Assembly: GCA_002729125.1 (NCBI GenBank)
Contig: PBTQ01000053.1
Coordinates: 1-59,658 of the forward strand
DNA length: 59,658 nucleotides
From: Acidimicrobiaceae bacterium
GTDB lineage: Bacteria > Actinomycetota > Acidimicrobiia > Acidimicrobiales > Aldehydirespiratoraceae
Direction of reading: 5' to 3'
The notes beneath the pieces are model-generated. The model ran no database searches. It had not been told where the DNA came from and saw only the letters and a list, made by a program, of their open reading frames with translations. Both the position numbers and the translations under genes were made by a program. Positions 36,840-46,018 of the stretch are shown in pieces; positions within the stretch are counted from its first letter, which is position 1; each line of letters starts with the position of its first letter.

Positions 36840-38756
36840 TCAGGCGGCTCCGCCATGACGGACCCAGGTCTCGAACATGTCGGCGTAGCGGCCGCGCTGG
36901 GCCACGAGTTCGTCATGGCTGCCGAGCTCGACGATGCGCCCGTCGTCGACGACGGCGATCCGGTCGGCGCGGCGAGCAGTGGCGAGCCGGTGGGCGATGA
37001 TCACGGCCGTGCGACCTTCAAGCACGACATCGAGCGCGCGCTCGACCTGAGTTTCGGAGTTGAGGTCGAGGTTGCTGGTCGCCTCGTCGAGGATCAGCAC
37101 ACGCGGTCGGGCAACGAATGCTCGTGCGAGAGCGAGAAGCTGACGTTCGCCGGCGGAGAGTGACGCGCCCCGCTCGTGGACGGGCGCGTCGAGCCCGCCC
37201 AACCGCTCGATGAGATCGCCGATCCCGACGGCGTCGAGCGCTGCTTGGAGTTCGGCGTCGTCGGCGCCCGGGCGAGCGAAGGCGACGTTGTCGCGCACGA
37301 TACCCGCAAACAGGAAGGGCTCTTGGGGCACGACCCCCAGCTGGCTCCGCAGGCTGTCGATGGTGATCTCGCGCAGGTCGTGCCCATCGATGCGCACTGT
37401 GCCCACATCGGGGTCGTGAAAGCGGGTGAGGAGACGGGCGATGGTCGACTTGCCGCTGCCGGTCTCACCGACGAACGCCACGGTCTCGCCCGGCTCGATG
37501 CGCAGTGAGAGGTCATGGAGCACCGGCCGATCGGTGTCGTAACCGAACGTAACCCCGTCGAGTTCGATCGCGCCGTCGATGGGGAGAAGGTCGGTGGCGT
37601 CGGACGCCTGCGGGATGGCGGGTTCGGTGCCGAGCAACTCACGAAGCTTGACGATTGCAGCACCCCCTTGCTGGTAGCTGTTGTAGAGCTGGACCAGGGT
37701 CTGGATCGGGGCGAAGAACGACGCGAGGAAGAGCAGGAAAGCGGCGAGCTCTCCCACAGTGATTCGCCCGCTGGCTGCCATGGCACCGCCGACGGCCAAC
37801 AGCGTCGCCTGGGTGGCGATGCCGATCATCTCGGTGCCGGGGGCGTACAGCGAGTTGGCGCGGCTCGTGTTGACCTGGGCATCGAGGTGTTCGCCCACGA
37901 CCTCTCGGTGGTCGACCAGGTTGCGGGCCCGGCGGTTGTGGGCGGCGATGACGCTAATGCCGGCGAGCGACTCCTGCAGGTGCGAGAGCAGACCTGCGAT
38001 GCGGTCGCGAACCCGGAGGTAGCCGACCGATGAGACCTTCCGGAACCACAGCGACGCAAAAAGTGTCGGGGGCAGGGTCACCAGGAGCGTGATGATCGCC
38101 AGCAGAGGGTCGTAGAAGAAGAGGGCGATCGTGATGACGAGCAGGGTGAAGATCTGCACGAGGAGGTTGACGATTCCCTCCTGGAACAGCACGGAGAGGG
38201 CCTCGATATCGGAGGTCATGCGGGTGAGCAAAACGCCCGCCTTCTCCTCGGTGTAAAAGCCGACGCCCTGGCGTTGCATGTGGCTGAACACCCGAATGCG
38301 AAGTTGTTCGTTGAGCCGTTCGCCGAGACGACCCGTGAAACTCACGCGGGCCCATCCGAGCAATGCCGCGACGACCACTGCCCCCACATAGATGGCGGCG
38401 ACGGTGACGATCACGGCTCGGTCGTTGGCCCGGACACCGTCATCGATGGCGATCTGGGTGAGGATCGGACCGAGCTGGAGGGCGACCGTCTCGATCAGTA
38501 CGAGGGCGATCGCGCCGAGGAGTCGCCAGCGGTGAGGTCGGAGAAAGCGGAGGAGCGAGAACGGTTCGCGGTCCCACACGTCGACCCGCCAGTCGACGTG
38601 TGGGACGACGTGCTCAGGTTCGTTCTCAAGGACCCTTTCGACCTTCGTGCGCAGTTCACCGGGAACATCGGCTGCCGGAAGGCCGGCGGCGGCGTTCGAT
38701 GCCATCGAGCTCGGCCCGCCGGTGATGCCACCGGGCCCACCTCCCATCGAGAACAT
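36840..38756 (-). CDS. ABC exporter, fused permease/ATPase (heterodimer subunit 2)
   Basis: TM domain; GETGSGKST, LSAGERQ, ILDEATS, IAHRL. Confidence 0.93.
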   Translation of the reverse strand: MFSMGGGPGGITGGPSSMASNAAAGLPAADVPGELRTKVERVLENEPEHVVPHVDWRVDVWDREPFSLLRFLRPHRWRLLGAIALVLIETVALQLGPILTQIAIDDGVRANDRAVIVTVAAIYVGAVVVAALLGWARVSFTGRLGERLNEQLRIRVFSHMQRQGVGFYTEEKAGVLLTRMTSDIEALSVLFQEGIVNLLVQIFTLLVITIALFFYDPLLAIITLLVTLPPTLFASLWFRKVSSVGYLRVRDRIAGLLSHLQESLAGISVIAAHNRRARNLVDHREVVGEHLDAQVNTSRANSLYAPGTEMIGIATQATLLAVGGAMAASGRITVGELAAFLLFLASFFAPIQTLVQLYNSYQQGGAAIVKLRELLGTEPAIPQASDATDLLPIDGAIELDGVTFGYDTDRPVLHDLSLRIEPGETVAFVGETGSGKSTIARLLTRFHDPDVGTVRIDGHDLREITIDSLRSQLGVVPQEPFLFAGIVRDNVAFARPGADDAELQAALDAVGIGDLIERLGGLDAPVHERGASLSAGERQLLALARAFVARPRVLILDEATSNLDLNSETQVERALDVVLEGRTAVIIAHRLATARRADRIAVVDDGRIVELGSHDELVAQRGRYADMFETWVRHGGAA

Positions 38757-40570
38757 CAGGCGTCGCCTTGTTCGGTGTCGGGGCCGGTCGTGTCGGCGAG
38801 GATCGCGGCGTAGCGCGGGTTTGTGGCCAGTAGCTCGTTGTGACTGCCAGTGGCGGCGACCGCGCCGTTGTCGAGCAGGATCACCCGATCAGCGAGGGCG
38901 ATGGTGGACAGCCGGTGGGCGATCAGGATTGTGGTGCGTCCGGCGCGGCGAGCGTCAAGAGCGTCGTGGATGCGCTCTTCGACGGCGACGTCGATGGCGC
39001 TGGTGGCATCATCGAGGATCAGGATCTGTGGGTCGGCAAGCAGGGTACGGGCGATGGCGAGACGCTGACGTTGACCGCCCGACAAGGTGAGGCCGCGTTC
39101 GCCGATCTCGGTATCGGGTCCGTGCGTGAGATCGGCGACGAAGTCGCTGGCGGCGGCGTCGGCGATGGCGGCTTGGACCTCCCCGTCGGAGGCATCGGGG
39201 CGGGCGAAGGCGACGTTGTCGTGGACCGAGGCTGCGAAGAGGAAGGGGTCGTCGGTGACGGTGGCCGCTGTCCGACGGAGATCGCCGAGCGCGAGCGTGC
39301 GAACATCGTGGCCGTCGACGCGCACGATGCCCGAGTCGACGTCGTAGAAGCGGGGGATTAGTCGGGCGATCGTGGACTTGCCGCTTCCGGTGGCGCCGAC
39401 GATAGCGACGGACTCTCCCGGTTCGATCGCGGCGGTGAAACCTCGGAGCACGGGTTCGCCGTCACCCACGGGGTACCCGAAGTGGACGTCGTCGAACTCG
39501 ATGCGGCCGGCCGGGTCGGTGAGGGCGACGGCGTCGTTGGGCTCGATGATCGTCGGGGTCTCGTCGAGGATGTCGAACACCCGAATCGCTGCAGCGCTGG
39601 CGCGCTGCCACTGGATGAGGATGAAGCCTAACAGTCGGAATGGCGTGGCGAGCAAAACGACGTAGGTGGAGAAGGCGACGAGGTCGCCGATGGCGAGTTC
39701 GCCGTCGATGGTCTGCAGGCCGCCGTAGAGCAGCACGAGTGCGAGGCCGAGACGAGGCAGCGATTCCATGCCTGGTGAGTGGCGGGCGCGGGTGTCGGCG
39801 ACGGCGGTACCGGCCCAGCGGAGGCGACGAGTCGCCCGAGCGAGGTTCTGGATCTGGGCGGATTCCTGGTTGAACGCCTTGACCACCCGGATGCCTTGGA
39901 TGTTCTCGTCGACGATCGTGGCCATCTCGGCCTGACGCGCTGTGACCACCCACTGCAGCGGGAACACGCGGTTCCGCAACCGGACGCCGACGGCGTAGAC
40001 GATCGGCAGGGGTGCGATGGCGACGAGGGTCAAGGTGATGTCGACGGTGAGCATCACGACCACTGCGAAAAAGAACAGCACGACCTGCATGGCGACCAGT
40101 GGGCCGAAAGCGAAGAGCAGCTGGATTGACCGGATGTCGGTGTTGGCCCGGCTGATGACCTGGCCGGATTGGGTGCGATCCCAGAAGTCGAACGAGAGCT
40201 CGGTGAGCCGCTCGTACATCAGGTTGCGGAGATCTTTCTCGATGCGCAGCGCCGATCGAAAGAGTCCAAATCGGTAGGTAAAGCCGAAGACGAACCGGGC
40301 GACGGCGAGCCCGAACAGGCCGGCGACGAACGGCGTGGGGGTGTCGCCGTCGGCGACCGCGTTGATACCGCCACCCAACATGATCGGCACTGACACGGTG
40401 GCGGCCATGCTGATCAGTCCTGCGACGATCGAGCCGATGAAGTGCCACTTCTGGACCAGCACGACCGGTCGGAGACGACGGAGCCAGCCAAGCGAACGGT
40501 CCGGATCGACCGACGCAAGCGGGCGCTCGTAGCGCTCCGGGGCAGCGGAGGGCGGGGACGACGCGGTCAT
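38756..40570 (-). CDS. ABC exporter, fused permease/ATPase (heterodimer subunit 1, degenerate Walker B)
   Basis: GATGSGKST, LSGGQRQ, ILDDATS (D in place of the catalytic E); TGATG coupling to the next gene. Confidence 0.93.
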   Translation of the reverse strand: MTASSPPSAAPERYERPLASVDPDRSLGWLRRLRPVVLVQKWHFIGSIVAGLISMAATVSVPIMLGGGINAVADGDTPTPFVAGLFGLAVARFVFGFTYRFGLFRSALRIEKDLRNLMYERLTELSFDFWDRTQSGQVISRANTDIRSIQLLFAFGPLVAMQVVLFFFAVVVMLTVDITLTLVAIAPLPIVYAVGVRLRNRVFPLQWVVTARQAEMATIVDENIQGIRVVKAFNQESAQIQNLARATRRLRWAGTAVADTRARHSPGMESLPRLGLALVLLYGGLQTIDGELAIGDLVAFSTYVVLLATPFRLLGFILIQWQRASAAAIRVFDILDETPTIIEPNDAVALTDPAGRIEFDDVHFGYPVGDGEPVLRGFTAAIEPGESVAIVGATGSGKSTIARLIPRFYDVDSGIVRVDGHDVRTLALGDLRRTAATVTDDPFLFAASVHDNVAFARPDASDGEVQAAIADAAASDFVADLTHGPDTEIGERGLTLSGGQRQRLAIARTLLADPQILILDDATSAIDVAVEERIHDALDARRAGRTTILIAHRLSTIALADRVILLDNGAVAATGSHNELLATNPRYAAILADTTGPDTEQGDA

Positions 40571-40606
40571 TGTGCGACCCTACGGCTAGATTTCGCCCAT
40601 GCACGA

Positions 40607-41929
40607 ATGGGCTCGGAGGTTCTGATCGACACCGCCATACGACTTCTCGCTGCGCTCGCACTCGTCGTTGCCAACGCCGGTTTTGTTGCGGCGGAATTCG
40701 CCCTCGTCGCGGTCGATCGCGCGCGTATCGCTGAGCGGGCCGGTCAAGGCCAGGCGCGCGCTGCGGCGGTGCAGCGCTTGTTGTCGCGCCTCTCGTACCA
40801 CTTGTCGGGGGCGCAGCTCGGTATCACGATCACGTCACTGCTTCTCGGCGTGCTTGCCGAGCCAGCGGTAGCCCGTGTCCTTGAGCCTGGCATCGAAGCT
40901 GCCTTCGGTGAGGTGCCGGCCGGGGTATCGGTCGCGATCGCTCTGGCGGTCGCCACGGTCGTGCAGATGATCTTCGGCGAGCTCATTCCCAAGGCGATCG
41001 CCACCACCCGACCCCTCGAGACCTCGCTGGCCATGGCTCGGCCGACCCAGCTTTACGGCGTGGTCGCCCGACCCCTCGTCGCGCTGCTTGATGGGATGGC
41101 GGCTCGGCTCACCCGACGCGTCGGGGTCGAGCCGACCGAGGAGCTTGAGGTGATCCCCGATCGCGGAGAGCTTGAGCACCTGATCCGTTCTTCGGGGGAG
41201 GAGGGCACCCTCGACGAGGGAGAGGTCGAACTCCTGACCCGTTCGATCCGGCTCTCCGAGAAGTCGGCCGACGACGCCATGGTGCCCCGTGTGCGAGTCA
41301 AAGCGGTCGAGTCGGCCGACACCGTCGAAACGTTGGTCGCGCTTGCGTCGCGCACAGGTCACAGTCGGTTTCCGGTGGCGGGCGAGGATCTCGACGACGT
41401 GCTCGGCGTCGTTCACGTGAAGTCGGTGCACGGTGTGCCGGTCGAGGACCGGGCGACGACCTTGGTCACCGAACTCATGACCCCCGTGCCGGCCGTCCCC
41501 GAGTCCCGTGACCTCGACGAGTTGCTCGTCGATCTCCGCCAGGGCGGCAATCAGCTTGCGGTCGTCATCGACGAGCACGGGGGTTGCGCCGGGATCATCA
41601 CCCTCGAGGACATTCTCGAGGAGATCGTGGGAGAGATCGACGATGAATACGACGGTGCCTCGACGCTGCTGACCCGCGTCGAGGCAAAAGGCTCGACCGT
41701 CGTGCCCGCCTCGCTGCACCCCGACGAAGTCGAGGCCGCGACCGGCTTCGAGATGCCCGAAGGTGAGTTCGAGACCCTTGCAGGCCTCGTACTCGACCAG
41801 CTCGGCCACATTCCGGAACCGGGGGAGATGGTTGAGCTCGGAGGGTGGCGCCTCGAGGTTGTCGCAATGGACCGCCTCCGCATTGCCACCGTCCGCATCG
41901 TCGCGCCCGCCGGGGAGGCCGACTCGTGA
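40607..41929 (+). CDS. CNNM/DUF21-CBS-CorC ('hemolysin family') membrane protein
   Basis: NAGFVAAEFA, AQLGIT, GELIPK, CBS pair HSRFPV, EDILEEIVGEI, ETLAGLV; exact start uncertain (40607 or 40622). Confidence 0.92.
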   Translation: MGSEVLIDTAIRLLAALALVVANAGFVAAEFALVAVDRARIAERAGQGQARAAAVQRLLSRLSYHLSGAQLGITITSLLLGVLAEPAVARVLEPGIEAAFGEVPAGVSVAIALAVATVVQMIFGELIPKAIATTRPLETSLAMARPTQLYGVVARPLVALLDGMAARLTRRVGVEPTEELEVIPDRGELEHLIRSSGEEGTLDEGEVELLTRSIRLSEKSADDAMVPRVRVKAVESADTVETLVALASRTGHSRFPVAGEDLDDVLGVVHVKSVHGVPVEDRATTLVTELMTPVPAVPESRDLDELLVDLRQGGNQLAVVIDEHGGCAGIITLEDILEEIVGEIDDEYDGASTLLTRVEAKGSTVVPASLHPDEVEAATGFEMPEGEFETLAGLVLDQLGHIPEPGEMVELGGWRLEVVAMDRLRIATVRIVAPAGEADS

Positions 41930-42996
41930 CCGGCTGGTTCCTTCTCGCTGCGCTCCTGTTGTTAGTTGCCAACGCCTTTTTCGTGGCGGTCGAGTTTGCG
42001 TTGTTGGCGAGCCGGGTCACTCGCCTCGAGCCGATGGTTGAGGACGACGACCGCCGAGCGGCGATCGCGTTGGCGTCGATCAAGGATCTGCAGTCACAGC
42101 TCGCCGGCGCCCAACTTGGCATCACGATGGCATCGCTCGGTCTGGGCTTTGTCGCCGAGCCTGCTATCGCCACCCTGATCGAATCGGCGGTCGAGTCGTT
42201 CATAGAGATCCCGTCGAACGTGCTCCATGCAATCTCATTCACGTTGGCGCTATCGCTCGTTGTGGTGGTGCACATGGTGATCGGCGAGATGGTACCGAAG
42301 AACATCGCCATCGCTACCCCGGAGCGCTCGGCTCGGATCCTCGCCCCGATTCACCGGGTGTACGTCAAGCTCTTCGCCCCGATCGTGTGGTTCCTGACGG
42401 CGGTGTCGAACGGCATCACCCGGCTGCTCGGCATGGCGCCGGTCGACGAACTCAACACTGCGCTGACAGTCAACGAGTTCCATCGCGTGATCGAGGGTGC
42501 AGCCGAGGAGGGGAAGCTCGAGGATCTCGAACACGATCTCCTCGATCGGGCGCTCGACTTTCGCGCCCGCACGGCGGAATCGATCATGGTGCCTCGCAGC
42601 CGGATGGTCACCGCCCCCCGGTCGACCTCGGTCGCTGATCTCGAGGCGCTGGTCGCTGAATCGGGTCACAGCCGCATCCCCGTCACCGGCCGTACGCTCG
42701 ATGATGTCGTCGGATTCGTACACTCCAAGGATCTGCTACGTTTCGCAGCTGCAGATCGCGAGATTCCGGTGCCGCTCGAGATGGTTCGGCGCATGGTGAT
42801 CGTGACCTCCGACCAGCCCTTGCGTGATCTCATGCGGTCGATGCGCCGCGGGCGTCGTCACGTCGCCCTAGTTCGCGCGAACGAGGGCCGGTTGCTCGGC
42901 ATGGTCACGCTCGAAGATGTGCTTGAGGCCCTCGTCGGCGACATCGCCGACGAGACCGATGGTGGCAGCGATGCCGCCGCGCAGGCGCGGGTCTAG
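41926..42996 (+). CDS. CNNM/DUF21-CBS membrane protein (second paralog, no CorC domain)
   Basis: NAFFVAVEFA, AQLGIT, GEMVPKN, HSRIPV, EDVLEALVG; GTGA overlap. Confidence 0.92.
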   Translation: MTGWFLLAALLLLVANAFFVAVEFALLASRVTRLEPMVEDDDRRAAIALASIKDLQSQLAGAQLGITMASLGLGFVAEPAIATLIESAVESFIEIPSNVLHAISFTLALSLVVVVHMVIGEMVPKNIAIATPERSARILAPIHRVYVKLFAPIVWFLTAVSNGITRLLGMAPVDELNTALTVNEFHRVIEGAAEEGKLEDLEHDLLDRALDFRARTAESIMVPRSRMVTAPRSTSVADLEALVAESGHSRIPVTGRTLDDVVGFVHSKDLLRFAAADREIPVPLEMVRRMVIVTSDQPLRDLMRSMRRGRRHVALVRANEGRLLGMVTLEDVLEALVGDIADETDGGSDAAAQARV

Positions 42997-43104
42997 GAGA
43001 GTTTCCGCAGCACCGTCGCGAGCGCTCCTCAATCCGCGACGAGTCGGCTGGAATGTCGGTGTGCGGGCAGGTCGACGCGCTCACCGGCTGCTCTCGGGCT
43101 GGAC

Positions 43105-43872
43105 CTAGACCCCCATTGCGTGGAAGCCGCCGTCGACATGGATCATCGAACCGGTGGTGGCCGGGAACCAGTCTGACAGCAGCGCAACGGTCGACCTGGC
43201 GACGGCGGAGGAGTCCTCGACGTCCCAGCCGAGTGGCGCCCGGTCGTCCCACACGTCCTCGAACTGGGCGAAGCCGGGGATCGACTTGGCGGCCATCGTT
43301 TTGATCGGTCCGGCGGCGACGAGGTTCACGCGGATGCCCCGGGGGCCGAGTTCGCGGGCCAGATAGCGATTGGCCGACTCGAGCGCGGCTTTGGCGAAGC
43401 CCATCCAGTTGTATGCCGGCCACGCGACCGTGGCGTCAAAATCCAGCCCGATGATCGAGCCGCCGCTCGTCATCAGTGGCGCTGCGACTTCGGCGAGTGT
43501 CTTGAGGCTGTAGGCCGAGATCTCGACTGCGACCTTCACGTCATCCCAGGTAGCCCCCATGAAGTCGTCGCCGAGCGCAGCTTCCGGAGCGAAGCCGATC
43601 GCATGGAGCGCCCCGTCGAGCGTGCCGAACTCGGCAGCTATGGCGTCTCGCAGGGCGGGCACGTGCGCGGGGTCGGTGACGTCGAACTCGAAGACCGATG
43701 GCTCGGTTGGGAGCTTGCGAGCGGTGCGCTGCGTGAGCCGCAGGCCCCGACCGGCGCCGGTCAGGATGATCTCGGCGCCCTCCTCCTGCGCGAGCTTGGC
43801 AATCCCAAATGCCAACGATGCGTCGGTCAACACACCGGTGATGAGGATCTTCTTGCCATCGAGCACGCCCAC
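43105..43872 (-). CDS. fabI: Enoyl-ACP reductase (FabI/InhA)
   Basis: ITGVLTDASLAF, HAIGFAP, YNWMGFAK, AAGPIKT, HVDGG; AGGAGG SD before GTG. Confidence 0.93.
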   Translation of the reverse strand: MGVLDGKKILITGVLTDASLAFGIAKLAQEEGAEIILTGAGRGLRLTQRTARKLPTEPSVFEFDVTDPAHVPALRDAIAAEFGTLDGALHAIGFAPEAALGDDFMGATWDDVKVAVEISAYSLKTLAEVAAPLMTSGGSIIGLDFDATVAWPAYNWMGFAKAALESANRYLARELGPRGIRVNLVAAGPIKTMAAKSIPGFAQFEDVWDDRAPLGWDVEDSSAVARSTVALLSDWFPATTGSMIHVDGGFHAMGV

Positions 43873-43965
43873 GCCGGGCCTCCTGGGATTCGTCGTTCGG
43901 ATTGGTCCTGTTTCGGACCGGGATGACACCTCGGAGGTTACGACGACCGGACTACGGTCTCGGCG

Positions 43966-45096
43966 ATGCACGCGGACGCTCCCATGCACCTCTACGACAC
44001 CAGCCGGGGCGAGGTTGCAACGTTCGCTCCGGACGAGACCGTGACGATGTACGTCTGCGGCATCACGCCCTACGACGCCACCCACCTCGGGCACGCCGCG
44101 ACCTATGTCACCTACGACGTGTTGCAACGCCGGCTGATCGATCGAGGCCACCAGGTGCGCTATGTACGCAACATCACCGACGTCGACGATGACATCATCA
44201 GCGCCGCCCGGTTGCGAGGCGTGCACTACCTCGATCTCGCGTTCGGTGAGACCGCTCGGTTCGACGACGACATGGCGGCGCTGAACACGCTGCCGCCGTG
44301 GTCCGAGCCACGAGCAACCGGTGCGATCAGCTACATCCGCGGTCTGATCGAAACCCTGCTCACCCAGGGCGATGCCTATCTGGTCGACGGTGCGGTGTAC
44401 TTCGACACCGAGGCCGCGAACGACTTCGGATCACTCGTCCGTCTCGGCGACGATCGGATGTGTCAGCTCGCCGCCGAGTGGGGTGAGCGACCGGACGATC
44501 CAGCCAAGCGCAATCCGCTCGATTTCGTGCTGTGGCGTCAGAGCGAGGATGGGGAGCCGGCGTGGGAGGCCCGGTGGGGGCGAGGCCGACCTGGGTGGCA
44601 CATCGAATGCAGCGCCCTCGCCTTGCGTGAGCTGGGACCCACGATCGACCTTCATGGCGGTGGTGTCGATCTCCTCTTCCCGCACCACGAGTCGTGCCTG
44701 GCTCAGTCCGAAGCGATCACGGGCCAGCCGTTCGTCCGGCACTGGCTGCACCAGGCGATGGTGCACTGCGGTGGGCGCAAGATGTCGAAGTCGACCGGCA
44801 ACCTCGTGTTCGTCGGCGACCTCCGCGAACGTCACGACGCCGCCGCGATTCGACTCGTGCTGTTGTTGCACCGCTACCGGCGGCCGTGGAACTGGCACGA
44901 CGACCTCCTCGTCGACGCCGAGGAGCGACTCACCCGGTGGCGTCGGGCCGGTCTCGGCGACGCTGCGCTTGATGTCACCCGAGCGGCGCTCGACGACGAT
45001 CTCGACACACCGACGGCACTGGCGGCAATCGACGCCGCCGCCGATGCCGGACAGGGGGTGTCCGCAGCGGCCGAGTTGCTCGGCGTCGAACTCTGA
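43966..45096 (+). CDS. mshC: MshC-like cysteine ligase (CysRS paralog lacking the anticodon-binding domain)
   Basis: YVCGITPYDATHLGHA, NITDVDD, GRPGWHIEC, FPHHE, KMSKS; only 376 aa. Confidence 0.7.
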   Translation: MHADAPMHLYDTSRGEVATFAPDETVTMYVCGITPYDATHLGHAATYVTYDVLQRRLIDRGHQVRYVRNITDVDDDIISAARLRGVHYLDLAFGETARFDDDMAALNTLPPWSEPRATGAISYIRGLIETLLTQGDAYLVDGAVYFDTEAANDFGSLVRLGDDRMCQLAAEWGERPDDPAKRNPLDFVLWRQSEDGEPAWEARWGRGRPGWHIECSALALRELGPTIDLHGGGVDLLFPHHESCLAQSEAITGQPFVRHWLHQAMVHCGGRKMSKSTGNLVFVGDLRERHDAAAIRLVLLLHRYRRPWNWHDDLLVDAEERLTRWRRAGLGDAALDVTRAALDDDLDTPTALAAIDAAADAGQGVSAAAELLGVEL

Positions 45097-45192
45097 ACCG
45101 CTCATGAAGTGACAGACACAACCGAGATTTCGCGGACTGATTAGCGGTCCTCGGGGCCATACTGCCTTCGGAGAGGTTCCGGGTGAGCGCTG

Positions 45193-45951
45193 ATGGCTGA
45201 TGGCGAACAAGAGCTACAAGCGACCGTGCGGTCAGTGCTGCGCCCGATGTTCCGCTCGATCTGGCGGATCCGGGTCTCGGGTATCGAGAACATCCCGGCC
45301 ACCGGTGGCGCCATCCTCACGCCCAATCACACCTCCGTGATCGACAGCTTTTTCTTGCCGGCTGCGGCGCCGCGCCCGGTCAGCTTCGTCGGCAAGGCCG
45401 AGTACCTCGACGACTGGAAGACCCGCAAGCTCTTCCCGGCGCTTGGCATGATCCCGATCGATCGAAGCGGTGGCGACGCAAGCCAACGGGCGCTCGATAC
45501 GGCCGCTCACGTCCTTGAGGGCGGCAACCTCTTCGCGATCTACCCGGAGGGCACTCGATCTCGCACCGGCTTCCTTCACAAGGGGCACACGGGTGCTGCT
45601 CGGTTGTCGATCCGCACCGGCTGTCCGATCGTCCCGGTGGGAATCAAGGGTGCCCGATCGATCCAACCGCCTGACCAAACGGTGCCCAACGTCTTTCGTC
45701 CTTTGGAGATTCACTTCGGCACGCCGATCCATCCGGCCACCTCGGATTCCGTCAGCGACGAACGGCTTCGGTTGCGTCAGATTACCGACGAGATGATGTT
45801 CGAGATTCGGGATCTCACGGGCCAGGACTATGTGAACGAGTACGCCGGCAAGACGCCGCCGTCTGCCGCGCAGACTCGCCAGACGACCGTGTCGCCGGAG
45901 GTGCCAGAGCGACTTTCTTCTGCGGACGTCCTGAAGCCCGTACCGGCGTAG
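45193..45951 (+). CDS. Lysophospholipid acyltransferase (PlsC family)
   Basis: NHTSVID, FVGKAEY, YPEGTRS, VPVGI. Confidence 0.92.
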   Translation: MADGEQELQATVRSVLRPMFRSIWRIRVSGIENIPATGGAILTPNHTSVIDSFFLPAAAPRPVSFVGKAEYLDDWKTRKLFPALGMIPIDRSGGDASQRALDTAAHVLEGGNLFAIYPEGTRSRTGFLHKGHTGAARLSIRTGCPIVPVGIKGARSIQPPDQTVPNVFRPLEIHFGTPIHPATSDSVSDERLRLRQITDEMMFEIRDLTGQDYVNEYAGKTPPSAAQTRQTTVSPEVPERLSSADVLKPVPA

Positions 45952-46018
45952 CGCCACCCGATTTCCCAAGGCGACGTCACCCCTCGGGGGCGGGGTGCGC
46001 CGGTAGTCTGACCGACCT

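Noticed and set aside
38756-40570. Walker B LDD as a sign of pseudogenisation
   Set aside because: A degenerate site is normal in heterodimeric ABC exporters; the partner retains LDE.
40607-42996. 'Hemolysin' toxins
   Set aside because: Domain content is CNNM/CBS/CorC (metal homeostasis); the name is a legacy annotation.
42997-43104. Nested inverted repeats between convergent genes as an ncRNA
   Set aside because: Adequately explained as a GC-rich bidirectional terminator region; no recognisable family motif.
43966-45096. Calling this gene cysS
   Set aside because: Too short, lacks the anticodon-binding domain, and CGITPYDATHLGH is MshC-like.
45952-46018. T-box or attenuator upstream of thrS
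   Set aside because: Only 67 bp, no T-box consensus; TAGTCT close to the ATG suggests a very short or absent leader.
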